This document shows, in pieces, positions 46,568 through 56,720 of a stretch of DNA of 64,000 nt (position 1 is its first letter; the number at the start of each line of letters is the position of its first letter). Under the pieces are notes generated by a model that was not told where the DNA came from, searched no databases, and was given only the letters and a program-made list of their open reading frames with translations. Where the stretch lies: contig MFEY01000007.1 in assembly GCA_001780035.1 (NCBI GenBank), forward strand, positions 198,343-262,342. The letters run 5' to 3'. Source of the DNA: Candidatus Doudnabacteria bacterium RIFCSPHIGHO2_12_FULL_48_16. GTDB taxonomy: Bacteria > Patescibacteriota > Doudnabacteria > UBA920 > O2-02-FULL-48-8. A program made the position numbers and the translations under genes.

Positions 46568-48820
46568 ATGACTAAGTCACTGGTAATAGTGGAAAGCCCG
46601 ACCAAGGCCAAAACCATCACGCGATTCCTCGACGGCAAATACTTCGTTGCGGCGTCGTTCGGTCATATCCGCGATTTGCCCGCGAGCAAAATGGGCATTG
46701 ATATTGAACATGATTTCGAACCCACCTATGTCGTGCCGCCCAAAGCCAAAAAGCGCGTAGCGGAACTCAAAAAACTGGCCAAGGATGCGCCCGAAGTGAT
46801 TCTGGCAACGGACGAAGACCGCGAGGGCGAAGCCATTGCCTGGCATTTAATTTCAGCTTTGGGGTTGGAAAAGAAAACCATCAAGCGAATCGCCTTTCAT
46901 GAAATCACCAAAACCGCGATTGCTGAAGCCCTGGAACACCCCCGCCAACTCGATCTCCATCTGGTCGATGCCCAACAGGCGCGCCGCATCCTGGATCGGC
47001 TGGTCGGCTATGAACTCTCGCCATTTCTTTGGAAAAAAGTCCGACGCGGCCTGTCCGCTGGCCGGGTGCAATCCGTGGCCGTCCGCTTAATCGTGGAACG
47101 CGAACGGGAAATCCAAAAATTTCAACCGGTGGAGTATTGGAGCATTGAAGCGACTTTCAACAAAGACGGCCAGTTTATCGGCAAGCTCGCCAAAATTGAC
47201 GGTCAGGCCTTGGGCCAGATCGGCATCAAGGACGAAGCGCGGGCCAAGAAAATTTTGGCTGATCTAGCCAATCGCCCAGCCGAAATAATTGAAGTTACGA
47301 AAAAAAAAACCCGCCGCAATCCAGCCGCCCCCTTCATCACTTCGACGATGCAGCAGGAAGCCGCGCGCAAATTGGGCTTTAGCGCCAAGCAGACCATGAT
47401 GTATGCCCAACAATTATATGAAGGCGTGGAAATCGGCGAAGAGGGCGCCACGGGCCTGATCACATATATGAGAACCGATTCGGTCAACTTGTCGGACTTT
47501 GCCCTGGAATCGGCCAAACAAGCCATTACGGAAAAATACGGCAAGGATTATCTGCTCCCGGAACCCCGCAAATACGCCTCTAAGTCTAAAAACGCCCAAG
47601 AAGCCCACGAAGCGATCCGGCCGACCGACTTAAATCGGGATCCTGAAAGCGTCAAAGCCCACCTCGATCGCAATCAATATCGCCTCTACGATTTAATCTG
47701 GAAGCGCACCATCGCCACCCAGATGCCGGAAGCGGTGTTTGACCAAACCAGTGTGGATACCGCGATTAAGGGGGATAAGCAATATATTTTCCGTTCCACC
47801 GGCCAAGTGATCAAATTCGACGGCTTTATGAAAGTTTATTTGGAAGGCACGGATGAAGAAACCGCGGAAGAACAGGAAGGTCTGTTGCCCGAACTGGCCA
47901 AGGGCGACAAGCCCAAGGTCCTGAAAATTCTCCCCAAACAACACTTCACCCAGCCCCCGCCGCGGTTTAGCGACGCGTCGTTGATCAAAGCCCTGGAAGA
48001 ACAAGGCATCGGCCGGCCGTCGACCTATGCCCCGACCATCTCCACCATCCAAGATCGCGGCTACGTCGATAAAATTGAGAAAAAATTCCATCCGACCGAT
48101 ATCGGTTTTATCGTCAATGACATTTTGGTCGAACATTTCCCCAAAGTCGTTGACTTGCAGTTTACAGCGCAGATGGAAGAACAACTCGACCAGATTGCCG
48201 AAGGCGAAAAAGAATGGGTGCCGGTGATCAAGGAATTTTACGGCCCGTTCCACGACAACCTAAAAACCAAAGAAAAAGAAGTCGAGCGACACGTCGAACT
48301 GTTGGATGAAAAATGCCCGGACTGCGGCAACCCGCTGCAGGTCAAATTCGGCCGGTTCGGCAAATTCATTTGCTGCTCCACCTACCCGGAATGCAAATAT
48401 ACCCGGCCCTTACCGGAGGAACAAAAGATCATCGATGACAACGCCGGCGTAATCTGCGAGAAATGCGGTAAGCCGATGGTCGTCAAATTCGGCCGGTTCG
48501 GCTCATTCCTCGGCTGCTCCGGCTACCCGGAATGCAAAAACATCAAGAAGATTGTCAAAAGCACCGGCGTGCCCTGCCCGGTTTGCGGCGAAGGCGAAAT
48601 GGTGGAACGTAAATCCAAACGCGGCATTTTCTACTCCTGCTCCAAATATCCGCAGTGTAAATTCCTTATGAACGGCAAACCGACCGGGGAAAAATGCCCA
48701 AAATCCGGCGACCTCTTAATGGAAATGAAAAACGGCGTGATCAAATGCTCGAACAAAGAATGCGATTTCGAAAAAGAAATCAAGGCGGAAGCCGAAACCG
48801 TGGAAACAATTAAAACTTAA
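46568..48820 (+). CDS. topA: DNA topoisomerase I
   Basis: TOPRIM VIVESPTKAKTI. Active-site region. Three C-terminal C4 zinc ribbons (CPDCG...C; CEKCG...C; CPVCG...C). Confidence 0.95.
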   Translation: MTKSLVIVESPTKAKTITRFLDGKYFVAASFGHIRDLPASKMGIDIEHDFEPTYVVPPKAKKRVAELKKLAKDAPEVILATDEDREGEAIAWHLISALGLEKKTIKRIAFHEITKTAIAEALEHPRQLDLHLVDAQQARRILDRLVGYELSPFLWKKVRRGLSAGRVQSVAVRLIVEREREIQKFQPVEYWSIEATFNKDGQFIGKLAKIDGQALGQIGIKDEARAKKILADLANRPAEIIEVTKKKTRRNPAAPFITSTMQQEAARKLGFSAKQTMMYAQQLYEGVEIGEEGATGLITYMRTDSVNLSDFALESAKQAITEKYGKDYLLPEPRKYASKSKNAQEAHEAIRPTDLNRDPESVKAHLDRNQYRLYDLIWKRTIATQMPEAVFDQTSVDTAIKGDKQYIFRSTGQVIKFDGFMKVYLEGTDEETAEEQEGLLPELAKGDKPKVLKILPKQHFTQPPPRFSDASLIKALEEQGIGRPSTYAPTISTIQDRGYVDKIEKKFHPTDIGFIVNDILVEHFPKVVDLQFTAQMEEQLDQIAEGEKEWVPVIKEFYGPFHDNLKTKEKEVERHVELLDEKCPDCGNPLQVKFGRFGKFICCSTYPECKYTRPLPEEQKIIDDNAGVICEKCGKPMVVKFGRFGSFLGCSGYPECKNIKKIVKSTGVPCPVCGEGEMVERKSKRGIFYSCSKYPQCKFLMNGKPTGEKCPKSGDLLMEMKNGVIKCSNKECDFEKEIKAEAETVETIKT

Positions 48821-49071
48821 AAATTATTAACTTAAAAAATTTATGCGCGAAAATGCCTATGGTCGGGAGAACTCAAAACAAACATTAATTGAAGTCCAAC
48901 TCGCAGTTTGAAGAACTCGATAAAGCCGCCTAATACGCGGCTTTTGGTTTCTTTGGAAATTCGACCCTGTCCGAGCGACAAAAACTCGGTTAGATATGTC
49001 ATTGTCGCGAGTCCGTCGAATTTCCGACTTCTTTCCGCCGCTTTCTTCTAGAAGAAAGCGGCAAGAATAAA

Positions 49072-50070
49072 TTAATTATTTAATTTCGGGAAATGCTTGT
49101 GAATTATCCGCTCCACGTCCGCGGCAGTTTTGGCCTGTTCCATCAATTCCGTCCGGATTTCTTTGGCCCCGTCAAAACCGGCCACATAAGCCTTGTAGTG
49201 TTTCTTCATCACGTCAAAACTTTTAACGCCTGCAAAAGTTTGTTCAAACAGATAAGTGTGTTCAATCATCACCCGAAGTTTTTCCTCGGTTGATGGCTGA
49301 TGGCGGCTAAACAACCACGGATTGCCAAAGATTCCCCGGCCCAGCATCACGCCATCGCACCCGGTGTCTTTTACCTTTTGTTCAGCTTCGGCCAGGGACA
49401 TGACGTCGCCGTTGCCCAGGATCAATGGCCCTTTGATTCCGGATTCTTGATTCCTGATTCTCATTATTTCCGGCACAAGCTCCCAGTGCGCCGGCACCCG
49501 GGACATTTCTTTGACGGTGCGCAAATGCACAATCAAAGCCGCCGGCTTGGTGGCCAAAATCTGAGGGATCCAAGTCTCGATCTCATTGGTCTTGAATCCA
49601 ATCCGCGTTTTCACGGAAACCGGTAAGCCTCCCCCGCCTTCCCTGGCTGCCAAAATTATTTCCTGAGCCAGGGCCGGGGTTTTAATCAAGGCCGAACAGG
49701 ACGCCTGATTCAGAACCTTTTTGACCGGGCAGCCCATGTTGATGTCGATCCCGTCGAATCGCATTGCTTTGAGCATTTGAGCGACTTGGTAAAAATTTTC
49801 CGGCTTGGCGCCGAAAATCTGAGCCACGATCGGCCGTTCCGCTTCAGTATATTGCAAATCAACCAGCAATTTGGGCTTGCCCGGCGAGAGCAAGCCATCG
49901 ACCGAAACAAATTCCGTCCACATCACGGGCGGTTTGCCATATTTGGCGATTATCGTGCGAAAAGCCAAATCCGTGACATCCGCCATGGGCGCCAAAGCAA
50001 AAATCGGTTTGTTCAATTGATCCCAGAATCCTTTATTCACCCCGTTAGAAATTCCGTTGCTATTTTTCAT
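49072..50070 (-). CDS. dus: tRNA-dihydrouridine synthase
   Basis: FALAPMADVTDLAFR, DINMGCPVKKV. The first about 10 codons overlap a terminal-inverted-repeat element. Confidence 0.85.
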   Translation of the reverse strand: MKNSNGISNGVNKGFWDQLNKPIFALAPMADVTDLAFRTIIAKYGKPPVMWTEFVSVDGLLSPGKPKLLVDLQYTEAERPIVAQIFGAKPENFYQVAQMLKAMRFDGIDINMGCPVKKVLNQASCSALIKTPALAQEIILAAREGGGGLPVSVKTRIGFKTNEIETWIPQILATKPAALIVHLRTVKEMSRVPAHWELVPEIMRIRNQESGIKGPLILGNGDVMSLAEAEQKVKDTGCDGVMLGRGIFGNPWLFSRHQPSTEEKLRVMIEHTYLFEQTFAGVKSFDVMKKHYKAYVAGFDGAKEIRTELMEQAKTAADVERIIHKHFPKLNN

Positions 50071-50137
50071 TAGGCTAATATTATATTCTTACTGCATTAT
50101 TCCCATTGAACATAAAAAATACTTCATTTCTAACGGG
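50044..50137. mobile_element. MITE-like element with 13-bp terminal inverted repeats CCCCGTTAGAAAT / ATTTCTAACGGGG, 68-bp core; overlaps the dus start
   Basis: Left TIR lies within the first about 9 codons of dus (encoding GISNGV). Right TIR is in the 5' UTR. Core related to the 8084 element. Confidence 0.45.
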
Positions 50138-50232
50138 GTCCATAGCAATCTATTCTATAAAAAAAGGAACTCCGACGCAAGGTCGGAGTTCCGACCCGCG
50201 AAGCGGCGTCGGAACAAAAAAAGCCCGCGGGC

Positions 50233-50607
50233 TTACAACCCGATGGCTTGGCTTATCGTCCAAAAAATCACCCCGGCAATACCCCAAACTGGAATACACA
50301 ACCAGCTGACATAACCGTTGATATTCCACTGGGAATATTTCCAAAGTTTTTTATTTTCCAATTTATCGTAAATCAATCCCAAACTGTATTCCAAGAATAA
50401 ACCGATTATAGCGCTGGCAAAAAACAATTCCAAAATTCCATAGCCGTTCTGAGCCGTCAAAAATATTACATACAAAAGCGGCCAGATGATGATTGAGATA
50501 AAACCGAACCAATTAAACCGGTGCTGGCGGCTTCGGTGCAGATAAGCCAGCCGGTATCCGAGAAAAGTCAGGACCAAAAATACAAAATCAAAAAATATTA
50601 TGTTCAT
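50233..50607 (-). CDS. Hypothetical 4-TM membrane protein
   Basis: Hydrophobic. Translationally coupled (4-nt overlap) to the upstream polytopic membrane protein. Tandem terminators downstream. Confidence 0.5.
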   Translation of the reverse strand: MNIIFFDFVFLVLTFLGYRLAYLHRSRQHRFNWFGFISIIIWPLLYVIFLTAQNGYGILELFFASAIIGLFLEYSLGLIYDKLENKKLWKYSQWNINGYVSWLCIPVWGIAGVIFWTISQAIGL

Positions 50608-51731
50608 AACGGATGATCTGTTTTAGCGTACCTGGCCCAAAGTTGGAAGATCGTGCCGACCAGCAAGCCGCCCAAGGCGGCGGCAAACAGCGCGATCACA
50701 ATTTCATACAAACCATACTGGAATTCCGGAGCAAAAAACTGGGTCGATAGCCCGACCAGCAATGCCGCCCAAAGCGTCCCCGCCAGGAAACCGCGGGCAG
50801 GATAGCCGAAGCGACCTTTGGTCACATCCAACAATAGTGCCGGCAAGATAAATGAGAAAATAAACAGCCAGAGCGGCGGGCGGTCGTGCGGAATCATAAT
50901 TATGTTCAGGCTTGTCTCTTTGCCATACGAAACCAGGCTGAGCAACAAAAACATCATGGTCACCCAAACGGCGCTGGCGTGGCCTTTCATCGCCCGTTCG
51001 GCAATTAACAAATACCCGACGAGCCAGCACGCGATCACTCCAGCGCCGGCAAACCCCCAAACCTGGCCCCAGCCTTCGGTCGGATGGAATGGCAGAATCA
51101 AAAAAAATATTCCTCCCATAATGGCACCCAGACACAAATGGCCGTAAAAATTAAAATCCTTATCCTTGTGGAATTTTTTGAGTTCCACAAACAGCAACCC
51201 CAAAGCTGCCAGAGCGGACAGAGACAACAGCGCATGCGCCGGACTCCAGGATAAACTGACGGGCCGAGACAAGTCCTCCACCCCGTATATGGAGTGCCAA
51301 AAGTTATCCAGCGGCGCCGACAGCGGAATTAAGGTCAAAACAAAGGCAATTTTTTTCCAAATTTTCTCGCGGGTATGCCGCCAGATATGAATGCCGATCA
51401 GAATCGCCAAAATCGTGGATGAATACAGAAAGACATGAGGCAGAATCCAAAAACTATCCCGGCCGATGGCGCGGTGCCACCAGATATCCCAACCTGCCGC
51501 CATAATCCCCAACATAACGAACACAATCATAGCTTTAATCAGCCGGAGTTCTTTGTTTTTTGGCAAATGCTGTCTTTGCCGTCGCGGTAAGGCATCCATT
51601 AAGAAATAAACGCCAAATAACACCGCGGCAACCACGAGGGATGCCAAAAAAGCGGTTTGGGGCGTGCCGACAACCACCAGCTGCGATTGGGAAACCTGCC
51701 GAACAATTTGATCTGCATGAGCTAATAACAT
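50604..51731 (-). CDS. Hypothetical polytopic membrane protein (about 10 TM)
   Basis: 375 aa, multiple hydrophobic helices with W/H-rich loops. No recognised motif. Confidence 0.5.
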   Translation of the reverse strand: MLLAHADQIVRQVSQSQLVVVGTPQTAFLASLVVAAVLFGVYFLMDALPRRQRQHLPKNKELRLIKAMIVFVMLGIMAAGWDIWWHRAIGRDSFWILPHVFLYSSTILAILIGIHIWRHTREKIWKKIAFVLTLIPLSAPLDNFWHSIYGVEDLSRPVSLSWSPAHALLSLSALAALGLLFVELKKFHKDKDFNFYGHLCLGAIMGGIFFLILPFHPTEGWGQVWGFAGAGVIACWLVGYLLIAERAMKGHASAVWVTMMFLLLSLVSYGKETSLNIIMIPHDRPPLWLFIFSFILPALLLDVTKGRFGYPARGFLAGTLWAALLVGLSTQFFAPEFQYGLYEIVIALFAAALGGLLVGTIFQLWARYAKTDHPL

Positions 51732-51740
51732 ATTTTTTAT

Positions 51741-52994
51741 TTAATCATTTTTCATAAAGATTTTGTTTTCAAACAGCCAATACTTAAGCGCGGTCCATAA
51801 CGGCAAAACCGACCAAAAATATCGCAAGTCCGCCCCTTTGCGGATCAGCCAGCCCCAGAATCCGACGACCAATAAATTCGGGGTATACAAAATCGCGTAT
51901 TTGCCGCTCACTGGGATGACAAACCGGGTTGGCCCCACGCTGTAAGGCAACAATGGCCGGCCCTTGATCAGCCGGAAGATATTTTTTGCCACCAGGGCGC
52001 CGTGCCGGACCGCTTCCTGGCCGGTCTGGGCATTCGATTTTTTGGTTGCCGGATCGGTAAAGCAAAGGTTATCTCCGGCGATAAAAATATTCGGACTGTG
52101 TTTCAAGTTCAAAAAATCGGTAGTGATAATCCGGTCTTTTTTATCCGCTGCCAAATCTCCGCCAGCTGGCGGATCCACCGGCAGGCGGATTGAGCGCACG
52201 CCGCCGGTCCAGATCAGCAGATCAGAGTTGATCCGGTCTTTCATATTGATTATGATGTGATCCGCGGCGGCTTCGGTGATCAGGCTGGAAAACCGGGTTT
52301 CCACGCCCATGCCCGTCAGCCGCTCCCCGACCATCTTGGCCACTTTTTCCGATAGCCCGCCCAAAAATGACATTCCCCCCTCGACAATGATAATCTTAAA
52401 ATTCTCCAATTTTTTGCCGTGATCTTCGCACTCATGCTTCAAAAGGTTATGCAGCTCGCCGGCCAGCTCGGTTCCGGCAAACCCGCCGCCGCCGATGACG
52501 AACTGGGCCCGATCTTTCTTGATCACGATTTCCTCAATCCGGTTGCGGATCATGATCGCCTCGTCCAAATTCTTAAGCGGGTAACCGTGCTTATCCAATC
52601 CGGGAATATCGTAAAAATCCGCGATGGATCCCATGGCCACGACCAAATAATCAAAGCTCAAGATGCGCGAGTCAGTAATAACTTTCCCATCAGCAAGGGC
52701 AATCCGGTCAATATAAGCCTTAAAGACCTTGACTTTGGTTTTGTAAAAAATTTGGGCCAAGGAAATTGCCACCGTCCGTTTGACCCGCCGAACCTCAACC
52801 AATCCGTGTTCAGTCGTCGCCGCTTCATATAAACCGGGATGATAACATTGATAATCTTTGCGGTCGACCAGAATGATCTGGTAATCCGAGTTATCATGCA
52901 AATAATTATTCAAGTCCAAAGCGGCGCGGATGCCGGCAAAACCGCCGCCCAAGATGACGATATTTTTTTTCTCTTCAATTGTTTTATGTTTCAT
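51741..52994 (-). CDS. ndh: Type II NADH dehydrogenase (NDH-2)
   Basis: Two dinucleotide folds (NIVILGGGFAGIRAA; QFVIGGGGFAGTELAGE). Start at internal MKHKTIEEKK. Confidence 0.8.
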   Translation of the reverse strand: MKHKTIEEKKNIVILGGGFAGIRAALDLNNYLHDNSDYQIILVDRKDYQCYHPGLYEAATTEHGLVEVRRVKRTVAISLAQIFYKTKVKVFKAYIDRIALADGKVITDSRILSFDYLVVAMGSIADFYDIPGLDKHGYPLKNLDEAIMIRNRIEEIVIKKDRAQFVIGGGGFAGTELAGELHNLLKHECEDHGKKLENFKIIIVEGGMSFLGGLSEKVAKMVGERLTGMGVETRFSSLITEAAADHIIINMKDRINSDLLIWTGGVRSIRLPVDPPAGGDLAADKKDRIITTDFLNLKHSPNIFIAGDNLCFTDPATKKSNAQTGQEAVRHGALVAKNIFRLIKGRPLLPYSVGPTRFVIPVSGKYAILYTPNLLVVGFWGWLIRKGADLRYFWSVLPLWTALKYWLFENKIFMKND

Positions 52995-54472
52995 TGGATT
53001 CCGGCCGGCGAGAGAGTGTGCGGCCCGGCCGCATAGCCGCCGACAACGCCGCCCAAACAAAACGTTAGCGAATAATCACTGCCGCCGCCTTGGTATTTAT
53101 ATTGATTTTGCTCCATGCTACAGCCGCCGTCGGCCGGCTCGGGCGCTGCCGGCCAGGAAGAAATGTAAGTCGACCACTTGGGCGATCCATCGTTTGTATT
53201 AACTACGCCGTTTAAGGCCGTCGGATAACGGGCGTTATCATTGTAGAATAATTCCAAGGCCGTTTGCAGTTGGCGGATGTCGGAAATTCGTTTGGCGTCA
53301 CGGGAGTTCTCCCGGGCATCGCCGAGCGATTGGCCGGTGAGCAAGGCCGTAATTTCATCCACGGTTTTGTATTCAGCGGGTGCTTGAATGTTCAATGGCT
53401 GGTTGAAATTGGACATTTTAAATTCCCAATTGACCTGGCCTGAGCCCACGGAATTGGATTCGGTGCTGGCGCTGACCCCGCCGGTGATTTTGCGCAGATA
53501 ATAATCTTTTTTCCCGATCCATAATTCACCCGTGGTAAAAGTCACTCCCTTCAACAATTCCTGTTTTTCGGTATCATCCATCTCATGACCGGTAGCAATC
53601 TGCTCGGAACCGGCAATAAATTGCTTCAAGCGTTCGCGGTCAATCTGATATTGAAACCGGTAAACCGCAGCTCCATCAATTTTTTCATCCGGCAATTTGG
53701 CGCTGATGCTGAAGGGATTGGAAGTATCCCACAATTCGCGCAGCTTGCGCTTTTGCTCCGGGGTCAATTCGTCGCCGGCCGAACTTTGGCCCAATTCTGA
53801 TTCATCAATCTTGATCCAGATATTCTTGATTTTGCTCAAATCGATAAAACCCAAATCCGGCACCTGATCCAGTTTAATATAAACCGTTTTGGTCAAGGTT
53901 TTGGTTTCGACCCCAAACACAAAATCCTGAAAAGTCAGGGTAAAGGAAAATTCAACTTTTGGGTTGTTGACATCCGCCACTTCTGCCGCCCCGGTAAAAT
54001 CCAGGGTGACTTTCGAATTGGTGGTCCCGGCCACCTGGCCCGCGGCCTGGGGCTGATAAACGGTTTTACTATTAGTCAAAGCGGTGGGAACCAGGGACAT
54101 CAGGCTGGGAGCGTTCACTGTGCCGGTGACATTGCCCTCATAATTAAAAGAGGTCAGGCCGTCCATCTGATCAAACATCCGGGTCATGATGACCTCCGGG
54201 CCAACCGGCCAAAAAGCGTAAACGAGACCGCCAGCGATCAGTAAAACCGCCACGGCAGCGCCGCTTGTGATTAAAAATTTTTTGCTTTTGAAAAACGATA
54301 ATTTTCCTGGACCGGCCGGGGCCATACTCTCGGCGGCGGTGGGAGGTGTTAATCCCTCATCGATATCAGATACCGGCCAGCCTTGGGCGAGCAAAGCTTG
54401 CTTAATCTCGCTGTCGGCCAGGCCGCTTTGGCGGCTGGACTCAATGTATGCCAAAAGTTCCGGAGTTGTCAT
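52991..54472 (-). CDS. Membrane-anchored extracellular protein with C-terminal pilin-like domain
   Basis: TM at about residue 66-88. C-terminal ARDAKRISDIRQLQTALELFYNDNARYPT resembles the type IV pilin/pseudopilin N-terminal helix motif. Stop overlaps the ndh start (ATGA). Confidence 0.45.
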   Translation of the reverse strand: MTTPELLAYIESSRQSGLADSEIKQALLAQGWPVSDIDEGLTPPTAAESMAPAGPGKLSFFKSKKFLITSGAAVAVLLIAGGLVYAFWPVGPEVIMTRMFDQMDGLTSFNYEGNVTGTVNAPSLMSLVPTALTNSKTVYQPQAAGQVAGTTNSKVTLDFTGAAEVADVNNPKVEFSFTLTFQDFVFGVETKTLTKTVYIKLDQVPDLGFIDLSKIKNIWIKIDESELGQSSAGDELTPEQKRKLRELWDTSNPFSISAKLPDEKIDGAAVYRFQYQIDRERLKQFIAGSEQIATGHEMDDTEKQELLKGVTFTTGELWIGKKDYYLRKITGGVSASTESNSVGSGQVNWEFKMSNFNQPLNIQAPAEYKTVDEITALLTGQSLGDARENSRDAKRISDIRQLQTALELFYNDNARYPTALNGVVNTNDGSPKWSTYISSWPAAPEPADGGCSMEQNQYKYQGGGSDYSLTFCLGGVVGGYAAGPHTLSPAGIQ

Positions 54473-54611
54473 TTAGTTTGATTAATTTTGTTTCCCATCG
54501 GCAAAACTAGAAGTATTTTGTTATATTAACTCTTTTTTGTCGATAACCCGATACTCCCCTAATTGTAAACCCCCACACCATTGCATGGCAAATGGTGTGG
54601 GGGTGAATTAT

Positions 54612-55298
54612 TTAAACTATTTGACTTTTGTCCAAAAAAATAAATTTACCTACGGGTAAATCATTACCGAGCTTCAGTTTTCCAATCCGAATGCGCTTGA
54701 GGTTGCGGACCGAAAACCCGAGCTCGCCGAACATTTTGCGCACCTGGCGATTCATGCCCTCGTGAATGACAATGTGAACCGTGGTCCCAGCGGTTTTAAT
54801 TTTGGCCGGTGCGGTCATTTTACCGTCAATCATCATGCCGGTTTCGATTTTTTCGATCCGGCCGCGGCTCAATTCCTTATCGAGAATCACTTCATATTCT
54901 TTTTCGTGCTCCATCGACGGATGGGTCATGGCCTGGGTCAGCTCACCGTCGTTGGTGAATACCAACAGGCCCTCAGTATCGAAATCCAGACGGCCCACCG
55001 GCCAGACCACATTTTTCAATTCCGCCGGCAAGAGGTCAAAAACGGTACGGCGGGCGCGCGGATCATTCCTGGTGGTCATATAGCGCTTCGGTTTGTTCAA
55101 AACCAGATAAATCAATTTCTGCTGACCAATTTTTTTGCCGTCAACTTCCACTTTGTCCTTGGCCGAATCAACTTTGGTGCCCAAAATTTTAACCACCCGA
55201 CCATTAACCTTGACCTTACCGGCCAAAATTAATTCCTCGGCGTGGCGGCGCGAGGCAATTCCGGCTTGCGAAATGTATTTTTGGAGTCGTTCCTGCAT
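54612..55298 (-). CDS. rluB: Pseudouridine synthase (RsuA/RluB family)
   Basis: S4 domain (RLQKYISQAGIASRRHAEELILAGKVKVNG). Catalytic VGRLDFDTEGLLVFTNDGEL. Confidence 0.85.
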   Translation of the reverse strand: MQERLQKYISQAGIASRRHAEELILAGKVKVNGRVVKILGTKVDSAKDKVEVDGKKIGQQKLIYLVLNKPKRYMTTRNDPRARRTVFDLLPAELKNVVWPVGRLDFDTEGLLVFTNDGELTQAMTHPSMEHEKEYEVILDKELSRGRIEKIETGMMIDGKMTAPAKIKTAGTTVHIVIHEGMNRQVRKMFGELGFSVRNLKRIRIGKLKLGNDLPVGKFIFLDKSQIV

Positions 55299-55312
55299 GT
55301 TATCATTATACT

Positions 55313-55789
55313 ATGTTTCAAAGATTTTGGGATTGGTATCAAAAATACTACCGGGTCAATCTGACCGTAACCGTTTTTCTCTTTGCCCTCCAGCTGTTTC
55401 ACCTCTACTGGATGTTTACCGACATTATCCTGCTCAAACTGACCGGGCAGAGTTATTTCGGGCTGTCAAAAATCTGGGGCGTGCTCTCGACCTTTATCGA
55501 CTATTCGGAAATCCCGGCGCTAGTCTCGACCAATATCCTCTATATTTACCTGCTGAGAGAAAAATTTTCTTACAAATATCTCTGGTTTTTATTTTCGCTA
55601 AACATCCAGTTGCTGCATATCTTCTGGATTACCGATGAAATTGTGATTAAAAAATTCAATGCCAGCCTGCATTTGTTTCACTGGAGCACGGCCATCGCCT
55701 GGATCGCGATTTTGATTGACTATCTGGAGGTGCCGGTGATTTTCGATACCGCCCGCCGCCTCATTGTGGAAATAAAAAATAAATCCTAA
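55313..55789 (+). CDS. Hypothetical 4-5 TM membrane protein
   Basis: 158 aa, hydrophobic, AT-richer codon usage. Confidence 0.45.
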   Translation: MFQRFWDWYQKYYRVNLTVTVFLFALQLFHLYWMFTDIILLKLTGQSYFGLSKIWGVLSTFIDYSEIPALVSTNILYIYLLREKFSYKYLWFLFSLNIQLLHIFWITDEIVIKKFNASLHLFHWSTAIAWIAILIDYLEVPVIFDTARRLIVEIKNKS

Positions 55790-55862
55790 AAAAACGAACC
55801 GTGAGATCCCAAGGAGGAATCGCACGGTCATAGGCGCGAATAATGCGCCGGGTTAAGTGGGC

Positions 55863-56519
55863 TCAGCCGACTGCTTCGGACTTGACGACGACTTCGGGTT
55901 CGGACGGGACAGGGAGTTCCTGCCACACCAGATGGAGGGTCGATCGTCCCGGCAGCCGGAGCACATAGACAGCTCCGCCCAAAGCGCCGATCAAACAGAT
56001 GCCGGCCAGCCATCTCCAGCCGACATTGCCAGTCAGAATGGCCAGGACGCAAAGCGCCACAGCCACGATCACGCCGAAAGCAAAAACCCGGTTGAGGGTA
56101 TGCTGGCGGTCTGCCCAGATCTCGATCTGGCCGGAGGCCACCAGAGCTTCCTCGCGCTCGTTCATCGCTTCCTCGCGCAGACTCAGAGCCTCGTCTCGCG
56201 CTTGCAGCGCTTCTTCGCGTTCACTGAGCGCTGTCTCACGCGCTTGCAACGCCTCGTCGCGTTGACTCAGAGCTGCATCGCGGAGCTTCCGGGCCTCGTC
56301 ACCCTGAGCCCTCATGACTTCAAGCCCGAGCCTGCCTTTCTCGGCTTGGTGGTGCACGGCCTGAAGAAGATGACTCTGAGCCCCTGGCTCGTCGATTTCC
56401 AAAGTCTGCCCTTTCGGGTCCTGCGAACTATCCTTGACCTTGTTGGTCACTGTTTTTCCTCCGTGGGGAATTTGGGACACGGGCCCAAAAATAAAAACAT
56501 CTTTTCGCGCCCGTGACAC
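55863..56519 (-). CDS. Coiled-coil protein with tandem REEAL/RDEAL repeats and C-terminal TM helices
   Basis: EALQARETALSEREEALQARDEALSLREEAMNEREEAL, encoded by about 33-bp tandem DNA repeats at 56150-56300. Two C-terminal TM segments. GC-rich. Confidence 0.45.
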   Translation of the reverse strand: MSRARKDVFIFGPVSQIPHGGKTVTNKVKDSSQDPKGQTLEIDEPGAQSHLLQAVHHQAEKGRLGLEVMRAQGDEARKLRDAALSQRDEALQARETALSEREEALQARDEALSLREEAMNEREEALVASGQIEIWADRQHTLNRVFAFGVIVAVALCVLAILTGNVGWRWLAGICLIGALGGAVYVLRLPGRSTLHLVWQELPVPSEPEVVVKSEAVG

Positions 56520-56566
56520 AAAATGAGATTATCAAAATAGCAAAATAAAAAAGCCCCGTCAATGCC

Positions 56567-56595
56567 TTGAAAAATGCCGAAAACAAATGTATAAT
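56567..56595 (+). promoter_or_regulatory. Sigma-70 promoter for tRNA-Lys (TTGAAA-17-TATAAT)
   Basis: Perfect -35 and -10 hexamers with 17-nt spacer, about 18 nt upstream of the tRNA 5' end. Confidence 0.6.
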
Positions 56596-56613
56596 ACACG
56601 AGTATTTTTGCCT

Positions 56614-56688
56614 GGGTGTGTAGCTCAGTGGTAGAGCACCTGCCTTTTAAGCAGAGGGTCGCGCGTTCGATCCGCGCCACACCCACCA
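56614..56688 (+). tRNA. tRNA-Lys (anticodon TTT)
   Basis: GGGTGTGTAGCTCAGTGGTAGAGCACCTGCCTTTTAAGCAGAGGGTCGCGCGTTCGATCCGCGCCACACCCACCA. Terminator CCGCCCGATCGGGCG + T7 follows. Confidence 0.85.
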
Positions 56689-56689
56689 A

Positions 56690-56718
56690 AAAATTCCGCC
56701 CGATCGGGCGATTTTTTT
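56690..56718. terminator. Bidirectional terminator (CGCCCGATCGGGCG + T-run) shared by tRNA-Lys and dnaJ
   Basis: Palindromic GC hairpin with T-run after it on the plus strand and an A/T-run on the other side. Confidence 0.6.
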
Positions 56719-56720
56719 AT

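Noticed and set aside
56447-56689. 80-aa ORF on the minus strand covering tRNA-Lys
   Set aside because: Overlaps a canonical tRNA with promoter and terminator. Clearly non-coding.
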